Shown in pieces: positions 31,937 to 39,062 of a stretch of DNA of 64,000 nt. The notes below the pieces were generated by a model that made no database searches, was not told the origin of the DNA, and saw only the letters and a list, made by a program, of their open reading frames with translations. Position 1 is the stretch's first letter. Each line of letters starts with the position of its first letter. The DNA comes from a virus. The stretch is taken from IMG/VR virus record IMGVR_UViG_3300032116_000016. The stretch is one strand, 5' to 3'. The translations under genes were made by a program, and so were the position numbers.

Positions 31937-32677
31937 ATGTCTAATATTATTGAAGCATTAAATGTATACAATGTGTTTTCACCTAAAATGCGTTTGGGTG
32001 ATAACAGAGATGGTGGTTATATAATTAACGAAACAATTGCAGAAGTTTCAAATAAACTTATTACTGTTGGATTGGGTTCTGATTACTCTTTTGAAAGAGA
32101 TTGGTACAATAAATTCAAGACTCCAATTGAAGTATATGACGGAACGTGTTCTTGTGGCGGTCTGTGTCACGAATTTAAAGATAATATCAATAAAGATATT
32201 TTCTTTATAAAGAATAACGTGGGATATGATGAGGGTAATATGCCGATAAACGTATTACTAGATAGAAAATCAGATATTCTGTTGAAAGTTGACGCAGAAG
32301 GATCTGAATACACTATGTTTGATAATGTTAAATTGGGTTCAAATATTGCAGGATTTATCCTAGAAGTACACGATATACACGTTAGAGAGCATCAAGAAAA
32401 ACTAATCAGTTTGATTGAAAATCAATTTTCTGATCTTTTGTTGTTTCATATTCACGGTAATTCTTGGGGAAACACCTTTACATTAAATTTGAGTAAAACG
32501 GGAAATCGTGGTTTGGAAATACAAAATTTTCCACATGTACTCGAATTATCTTTCGTAAACAAAAGACTGCTTGGTAATTTTGAGTTAGAAACGACATCAT
32601 TCCCAATTCAAGGATTAGACTACAGTAATCACCCAGATAAACAAGATATTCAACTTCCGTGGATAAACGCATTATAA
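31937..32677 (+). CDS. FkbM/Methyltransf_22-like methyltransferase
   Basis: KMRLGDNRDGGY, GLGSDYSFE, LLKVDAEGSEY and FILEVH motifs. Confidence 0.7.
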   Translation: MSNIIEALNVYNVFSPKMRLGDNRDGGYIINETIAEVSNKLITVGLGSDYSFERDWYNKFKTPIEVYDGTCSCGGLCHEFKDNINKDIFFIKNNVGYDEGNMPINVLLDRKSDILLKVDAEGSEYTMFDNVKLGSNIAGFILEVHDIHVREHQEKLISLIENQFSDLLLFHIHGNSWGNTFTLNLSKTGNRGLEIQNFPHVLELSFVNKRLLGNFELETTSFPIQGLDYSNHPDKQDIQLPWINAL

Positions 32678-32689
32678 TAAAGGTATTTT

Positions 32690-34546
32690 ATGATAAACTT
32701 AAAGGATATATTACAGACTTTATCTGAAGATGGTAAATCTTTCGTTATAAATCTCGGAGATAAAGTTTTACGATTCACGATAGACGAGATTCCTAAAACT
32801 GAGCAAGAATCTTCACAACAAGTAGACAATACTGTTGAAGAATTCAAAACTTTAGAAAATTCTGATACGACCATAGTAACCGCTCTTTGGAATTTAGGTA
32901 GAGGGTCACTCGGTGATGATTTTAAACGTCCGTATTCTTATTATCTTGACAAATTTGCAGAGTTACTCAAAACTCCTTCAAATTTATACATTTATGTAGC
33001 AAAAGAAGATGAAGAATTTGTTTGGAAGCATAGATCAAGAAAAAATACTCATGTCAAAGTTATGGAGTTAGAAGAACTAAAAACTTGGTTTCCCTTCTAC
33101 GAAAAAGTACAAGAAATTAGAAATACTGAAAATTGGAAGAAACAGGCAGCATGGTTAGAAAACTCTCCACAAGCAAATTTAGAGTTTTATAATCCGGTAG
33201 TTATGAGCAAGATGTTTTTACTGAACGATGCATCAATCAGTAATCCATTTAATACAAATTATTTTTATTGGTTAGATGCAGGCATCTCCACGACAGTACA
33301 TCCAGGATATTTTCATCACGATGTCGTTTTAGAAAATCTACCAAAATTAACCGAAGAAGTTGATGCGTTTATATTCTTATCATATCCGTATGAGGATGGA
33401 TATGAAGTTCATGGCTTTCCACGTACTGATATTGAAAGATATGCCAAAACACAACATTTAAAATATGTGTGTCGTGGTGGATTTTTTGGTGGTTCCAAAA
33501 CTTCAATAGCAACGGCAAATAGTAATTATTATAATCTTTTACGACAAACCCTAGAAAGTAATTTTATGGGTACGGAAGAAAGTATATTTGCTGTAATGGC
33601 ACATCTATATCCAGAAACAATATATAGATTTGAACTTTCAGGCGACGGTTTGGTATGGCCGTTTTTTGAAAAATTAAAGGACGTAGACGAACTTATAAAA
33701 AATTTACCGCCGAAAGAACTAACACCAAAAACTGCTAAAGTAAATCTGTATGTTCTTGGATTTAATTCTACAGAACAATTTGAATCTGTCGTGAAGTCCA
33801 TACAATCGGCTGATGACACTATGTTTACACGATGTAGAAAAATATTAGTAAATAACTCTACGGATACTAGTTTATTTGAACAATACGATAAGTTATGTGA
33901 ACTGTATGGGTTCGAGGAAATTCATAGAGAGAATTTAGGTGTATGTGGTGGTAGACAATTTATAGCAGAACATTTTAGCGAATCCGACGCTGATTTTTAT
34001 ATGTTTTTTGAAGACGATATGCATATTAACAACGAGTCTTTTATTGGTAAGAACTGTAGAAATGGATTTAGATCACATATACCAAACTTATATGAAAAGC
34101 TCGTTAAAATTATGGTAAAAGAAAAATTTGATTTCTTTAAAATGTCTTTTTCCGAATTTTACGGTGATAATAGTGTGCAGTGGGCTTGGTATAATGTACC
34201 ACAATCAGTTAGAAATGAAGTTTGGCCTAACTATAATAAGTTACCTGAACACGGAACTGATCCAAATGCTCCAAAAACTGTTTTTGATACAATTCACATT
34301 GTGGATGAAACTCCTTATATTAAAGGGCAGATTTATTACAGTAATTGGCCACAAATAGTCAGTAAAGAAGGTAATCAAAAAATGTTTTTAAACACAAAGT
34401 GGGCTAGACCATACGAACAAACATGGATGAGTCATATATTCCAACAAACCAGAAAAAACGAATTAACTAGTGGAATTTTCCTTGCGTCACCTATAGAACA
34501 CAATAGATTTAATTTTTATCAGAGTGAATTGAGGAAGGAATCCTAA
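32690..34546 (+). CDS. Two-domain glycosyltransferase: HtrL/YibB(WlaTC)-like plus GT-A domain
   Basis: TIVTALWNLGRG, SKMFLL.DA..SNPFNTNYFYWLDAG and GGFFGG...GTEESI motifs. C-terminal NLGVCGGRQ...YMFFEDDM. Confidence 0.7.
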   Translation: MINLKDILQTLSEDGKSFVINLGDKVLRFTIDEIPKTEQESSQQVDNTVEEFKTLENSDTTIVTALWNLGRGSLGDDFKRPYSYYLDKFAELLKTPSNLYIYVAKEDEEFVWKHRSRKNTHVKVMELEELKTWFPFYEKVQEIRNTENWKKQAAWLENSPQANLEFYNPVVMSKMFLLNDASISNPFNTNYFYWLDAGISTTVHPGYFHHDVVLENLPKLTEEVDAFIFLSYPYEDGYEVHGFPRTDIERYAKTQHLKYVCRGGFFGGSKTSIATANSNYYNLLRQTLESNFMGTEESIFAVMAHLYPETIYRFELSGDGLVWPFFEKLKDVDELIKNLPPKELTPKTAKVNLYVLGFNSTEQFESVVKSIQSADDTMFTRCRKILVNNSTDTSLFEQYDKLCELYGFEEIHRENLGVCGGRQFIAEHFSESDADFYMFFEDDMHINNESFIGKNCRNGFRSHIPNLYEKLVKIMVKEKFDFFKMSFSEFYGDNSVQWAWYNVPQSVRNEVWPNYNKLPEHGTDPNAPKTVFDTIHIVDETPYIKGQIYYSNWPQIVSKEGNQKMFLNTKWARPYEQTWMSHIFQQTRKNELTSGIFLASPIEHNRFNFYQSELRKES

Positions 34547-34566
34547 TGTAAAAGACATATAGTTTT

Positions 34567-34575
34567 ATATTTATA
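34567..34575 (+). promoter_or_regulatory. ATATTTATA motif (candidate late promoter)
   Basis: About 28 nt upstream of ATG 34603. Confidence 0.6.
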
Positions 34576-34602
34576 CTAGTGTATCTTTAACAACGTGGAT
34601 TT

Positions 34603-35490
34603 ATGGGATTAAAAGAACAGGTCCAAGCCGGGGCAAAAATTACCAGAGACGTTATTACAGTTACCGATACGGTCGGTAGTGGTTCGGTTGCCCTTGGGGG
34701 TTCTTTTCTTATATTAAGTATAGAATCTACACAACCTGCTAGATTACGAATCTATGACACAATTCAGAGTAGAGACGATTCTACTGAAATTTCCCGTATA
34801 TTTGGTTCAACCGTACCACCAACCGTAGCACTTGTCGGTGACTACAGTATGAGTTTAAGTAATACAGTATATACGATAAACCCAGCGTCAATAGGACATA
34901 CGAATTCGGCAACTACACCATTAACGTATTATAGATGCACGCCTTCGGGTTCCTCCTTTAAAATTAATAGGCTTTTAATAGAAGATACATCTATAACTCC
35001 TGCGATTAATACATCGTACACAGAAAATAATCGTAGATTAATACAAATAACACCTTCTTCGACTATTGCGGCGTTAGCGTATGCAAGTGGTACATTTACC
35101 AGTATTACGTCACCAACTGTACCAAAAACTTATATAATGGTAAGTGCTTCATTAGCAAACTCTAGCCACATGGTTAGATTTAGAATGTATAATAATAGCG
35201 GTAGTATATATAATGTTAGTGAAAGAAATAGATTATTTGCAACTGAACCATCGGAATCAATTGGATTAATAATAGATACTGTTATCTCTGGAAGTAATAT
35301 AGTTTATTTTACTCCTAAAATCATAGGAGCTAATTTACAAAATATGGGAAACGACTTATCGGAATTAATCACAGATCCAACAAAAATGGAAGGAATAAAT
35401 TCTGTTTATTATTATATGCAGAACGTATCATCTTCGGGTTCTCCTATAACTCCAACTGTAAACTTACATGTATTTTCACTAGAAGATTAA
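34603..35490 (+). CDS. Ser/Thr-rich probable virion protein with internal duplication
   Basis: Two similar segments, PARLRIYDT...SRIF and MVRFRMYNN...RNRLF. Heads a small structural-type module. Confidence 0.5.
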   Translation: MGLKEQVQAGAKITRDVITVTDTVGSGSVALGGSFLILSIESTQPARLRIYDTIQSRDDSTEISRIFGSTVPPTVALVGDYSMSLSNTVYTINPASIGHTNSATTPLTYYRCTPSGSSFKINRLLIEDTSITPAINTSYTENNRRLIQITPSSTIAALAYASGTFTSITSPTVPKTYIMVSASLANSSHMVRFRMYNNSGSIYNVSERNRLFATEPSESIGLIIDTVISGSNIVYFTPKIIGANLQNMGNDLSELITDPTKMEGINSVYYYMQNVSSSGSPITPTVNLHVFSLED

Positions 35491-35493
35491 ACT

Positions 35494-35742
35494 ATGACTA
35501 CTAGCTCAGCTTTTTATCCATACGCTTCTGGAAGTTTATACACCTCATCATTTGCCTTATCTTCGTCTTACGCAAATAATGCACAATACTTGATGTACGT
35601 ATTTACAGCTTCTTTCGCAGAGTCGGGTACTTCTGGATCAAAAGGCGATCTTGGAGTTCCTGGAATTTGTAAAATAACCTATGAACAGTATTTACAGTTA
35701 AGAGCAAATCCTTCGTTAAAAGAAGTTTGCAATTTTAACTAG
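35494..35742 (+). CDS. Small protein with SFA.S.S motif and short Gly-X-Y run
   Basis: SSFALSSSYA and GTSGSKGDLGVPG. Confidence 0.6.
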   Translation: MTTSSAFYPYASGSLYTSSFALSSSYANNAQYLMYVFTASFAESGTSGSKGDLGVPGICKITYEQYLQLRANPSLKEVCNFN

Positions 35743-35751
35743 AGTCGGCAT

Positions 35752-35946
35752 ATGAGTATACAATTTATACCATTAGGATTACCAATTAGTACTTCTTTCG
35801 CAGTTTCGGCAAGTGTAACTATTGCATCGGCAAATACACCTACCACCGCGGCACTTGCCGCTTACGCTGAAAATTTACTAGGTTTGCCTGGTGACCCGTA
35901 TAAAGAAGTAGATGCTTCACCAACGTTAATTGTTGTTCCAACATAA
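35752..35946 (+). CDS. Small protein with FIP.G.P.STSFA.SAS motif
   Basis: N-terminus resembles both neighbours. Confidence 0.6.
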   Translation: MSIQFIPLGLPISTSFAVSASVTIASANTPTTAALAAYAENLLGLPGDPYKEVDASPTLIVVPT

Positions 35947-35959
35947 TTAGGAGAATTTT

Positions 35960-37996
35960 GTGGCTGTATTTTTTCCATTCGGTATTCCTTCTACGGGTTC
36001 CTTCGCACAAACAGCTAGTTCTGCTTACGCATTAGTAAACAATCCATCTGTTGTAGCAGCACGTGCGTTGGTTGGTGTTATAGGACCAAAAGGTACTCCT
36101 GGAATTCAAGCTACAAGTTGTCCGCCTGGTTATTATAATGCGTTAACTACGGTCACGGATGCCTATGACACATACCCATCAGTACCGCCGCATTCTGGTA
36201 GAGAAAATTATTTTTTATGTTATCCAATTCCCTCTCCATCCATAACCCCAACAAAAACACCGACAGCTACCCCGACGATGACAGTAACACCGTCAGTAAC
36301 AACTACGCCGTCGGTTACCCCAAGTGTAACTGTAACACCTTCTATAACAACTACACCATCAGTTACCAGAACGCCTTCTATCACTAGAACACCGAGTATC
36401 ACAACTACGCCGTCTATTACGACCACACCTTCTGTTACTACTACGCCTAGTATTACTAGAACACCATCTATTACACCGTCTGTGACAGTAACACCTTCTA
36501 TCACAACAACACCGTCAATAACGGTTACTCCAACTATAACATCTACACCTTCAATTACACCGTCAATAACTGTTACACCAAGTTTAACACGAACACCATC
36601 TATTACCACAACACCATCTATTACCACAACACCGTCTATAACTCCAACTAGAACAGTAACTCCATCAATAACACAAACAACAAATCAATCTGTAACACCA
36701 ACGCCTACTCTTACACCTTCTATAACAACTACACCATCAATAACAGCAACTCCATCAATAACAGCAACTCCATCAATAACGCCGTCGATAACAACTACTA
36801 GAACTGTTACCCCAACGGTAACGCCCTCAATAACAACAACCCCATCGGTAACTACGACACCAACTAATACACCAACTCCATCGGTAACACCTTCTGCTAC
36901 CACAATTAATTATGTATTTTGTGAGTGTACTACAGTTCCAAGCTGTAATAATTATCCAGATCCTACTGGTGGTGGATGTACAGCAGTTGCTGAAGCACTT
37001 ACTCTCGGAACGTGTTGGCCGTGTACACAAGGAGTAGTAACGCCATCAGTAACACCGAGTGTCACTGCTACCCCTTCAATTACTAAAACACCAAGTACTA
37101 CAGTAACTCCATCAATAACAACTACGCCAAGTATTACGCCAAGTATTACGACAACGCCGTCTATTACCACTACACCTTCTATTACTAGAACGCCAAGTAT
37201 TACCGCTACGCCTTCTATTACTAGAACACCAAGTATTACTCCAAGTATTACCACTACGCCGTCTATTACTAGAACACCAAGTATTACTCCAAGTATTACC
37301 ACTACGCCGTCTATTACTAGAACACCAAGTATTACTAGAACGCCTTCTATTACACCATCTATTACGCCAAGTATTACTACTACTCCAAGTATTACGCCGT
37401 CTGCAACAAAAACGCCTGCGCCCGTAACGCCTTCACCAGTAACACCTTCGCCGGTGACGCCTTCACCGGTGACGCCTTCGCCGGTGACGCCTTCACCAGT
37501 GACGCCTTCACCAGTAACACCTTCGCCAGTGACGCCTTCACCAGTAACACCTTCGCCAGTGACGCCTTCACCAGTAACACCTTCGCCAGTGACGCCTTCA
37601 CCAGTAACACCTTCGCCAGTGACGCCTTCACCAGTAACACCTTCGCCAGTGACGCCTTCGCCGGAAACACCTTCGCCAGTGACGCCTTCGCCTGAAATAC
37701 AATGTCCTACAATACCATGTGTTGATGCTCAAGATTGTTCACCGTGTGCATATTGCTGTGCTGGGCAATGTCAAAATACACCATGCCCACCCGTAGCACC
37801 AACGCCTTCACCGGTAACACCTTCACCGGTAACACCTTCACCAGAAACACCTTCACCAACACCATCACCAGCAACATGTACTTTTGGAGCTACTCAATGT
37901 GTGGGCCAAGATTTGTACACTTGTAATGGTACAGAATATGTATTATCGTGTACAAATTATATTGATTGCGGCGGATCGAACAGTTCGTGTGAGTAA
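35960..37996 (+). CDS. Mucin/extensin-like protein 3 (TPS and VTPSP arrays, three Cys-rich modules)
   Basis: GTG start with AGGAG RBS. 678 aa, with the same 6-Cys C-terminal module as 16658..21307. Confidence 0.85.
   Translation: MAVFFPFGIPSTGSFAQTASSAYALVNNPSVVAARALVGVIGPKGTPGIQATSCPPGYYNALTTVTDAYDTYPSVPPHSGRENYFLCYPIPSPSITPTKTPTATPTMTVTPSVTTTPSVTPSVTVTPSITTTPSVTRTPSITRTPSITTTPSITTTPSVTTTPSITRTPSITPSVTVTPSITTTPSITVTPTITSTPSITPSITVTPSLTRTPSITTTPSITTTPSITPTRTVTPSITQTTNQSVTPTPTLTPSITTTPSITATPSITATPSITPSITTTRTVTPTVTPSITTTPSVTTTPTNTPTPSVTPSATTINYVFCECTTVPSCNNYPDPTGGGCTAVAEALTLGTCWPCTQGVVTPSVTPSVTATPSITKTPSTTVTPSITTTPSITPSITTTPSITTTPSITRTPSITATPSITRTPSITPSITTTPSITRTPSITPSITTTPSITRTPSITRTPSITPSITPSITTTPSITPSATKTPAPVTPSPVTPSPVTPSPVTPSPVTPSPVTPSPVTPSPVTPSPVTPSPVTPSPVTPSPVTPSPVTPSPVTPSPVTPSPVTPSPETPSPVTPSPEIQCPTIPCVDAQDCSPCAYCCAGQCQNTPCPPVAPTPSPVTPSPVTPSPETPSPTPSPATCTFGATQCVGQDLYTCNGTEYVLSCTNYIDCGGSNSSCE
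36230..37870 (+). repeat. Coding TPS / VTPSP arrays including exact DNA tandem repeats
   Basis: Exact 48-nt unit x2 plus a partial copy at 37215-37336. Exact 30-nt unit GACGCCTTCACCAGTAACACCTTCGCCAGT x5 at 37501-37650. Confidence 0.95.
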
Positions 37997-38090
37997 AATC
38001 AATTGGTGAGGTAAAAACGTAAATATGTATTATAGTACAGTACGAATATACTAAATTGTAATACTGAAAAATAATTAAGAGGAAATGGTT

Positions 38091-39062
38091 ATGAAAACAA
38101 TATTGGTTACGGGAGCCGGTGGGTTTATTGCCGGACATATAGTAAAGAAATTAGCAGAAATATATACAGTACGAGCAATTGATAAAAAGCCGTTTGATAA
38201 ATGGTATCAAATTACCGAGTCAGCAGAAAACATCGTCGGAGACTTAACGGATTACGATGTTGCTCTAAACGCCACGCAAGGTATTGATGAAGTCTATCAT
38301 TTAGCGTGTGATATGGGTGGAATGGGATTTATCGAACACAATAAGACATTGTGTATGTTATCCATTATTCCAGACACCAATACATTAAAAGCAGCACACC
38401 TAAACGGAGCAAAGAAGTTTCTCTTCGCATCGACCGCTTGTGTCTATCCTGTGTATAAACAAAACACGACAGAACCAGAACCTTTAATTGAAGGTACAGA
38501 ATACCCAGCCGATCCCGAAGATGGGTATGGTTGGGAAAAGCTGTTTATGGAACGCATGTGTCGTCATTTCACCGAAGATTTTGGAATTGAAACCCGTATT
38601 GTCCGATACCACAATGTCTACGGTCCAGTAGGTACGTGGCAAGGTGGACGAGAAAAAGCACCGGCCGCGCTCTGTAGAAAAGTCGCACATGCTTTACACA
38701 CTAACTCTGATACGATTGAAGTGTGGGGTGATGGTGAGCAAACACGGTCGTTTTTGTATATTGATGATGCAGTCGAAGGAACAATTCGTGTAATGGATAG
38801 TCCACATCAATCGGCATTTAATATTGGATCAGACCGAATGGTGTCCGTTAATGAATTAATTACGATTATTGAAAATGCAGCTGGTGTCAAACTCCAACGT
38901 AAACATATTGAAGGACCGTTGGGAGTACGTGGAAGAAACTCACATAATGACAAAGTAAAGGCATTGTTAAATTGGGAACCTGCTATTACATTAGAAGAAG
39001 GAATGACTCGTACATTTAACTGGATACGGGAACAATATGGATTATATCATAGTACCAACTAG
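38091..39062 (+). CDS. GDP-mannose 3',5'-epimerase-like NAD-dependent epimerase
   Basis: LACDMGGMGFI, STACVYP, YGWEKL, HNVYGP.GTWQGGREKAPAALCRK, WGDGEQTRSF and GVRGRNS match the GME signature. ATG 38091 fits the AGAGG RBS better than 38085. Confidence 0.85.
   Translation: MKTILVTGAGGFIAGHIVKKLAEIYTVRAIDKKPFDKWYQITESAENIVGDLTDYDVALNATQGIDEVYHLACDMGGMGFIEHNKTLCMLSIIPDTNTLKAAHLNGAKKFLFASTACVYPVYKQNTTEPEPLIEGTEYPADPEDGYGWEKLFMERMCRHFTEDFGIETRIVRYHNVYGPVGTWQGGREKAPAALCRKVAHALHTNSDTIEVWGDGEQTRSFLYIDDAVEGTIRVMDSPHQSAFNIGSDRMVSVNELITIIENAAGVKLQRKHIEGPLGVRGRNSHNDKVKALLNWEPAITLEEGMTRTFNWIREQYGLYHSTN

Noticed and set aside
12151-37870. Repeat arrays as CRISPR or non-coding satellite
   Set aside because: There are no unique spacers. 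Units are codon multiples within continuous ORFs and vary mostly at synonymous positions.
16658-37996. Diversity-generating retroelement targeting the similar Cys-rich C-termini
   Set aside because: No reverse transcriptase is in the window, and the two modules differ at all base types rather than only at adenines.
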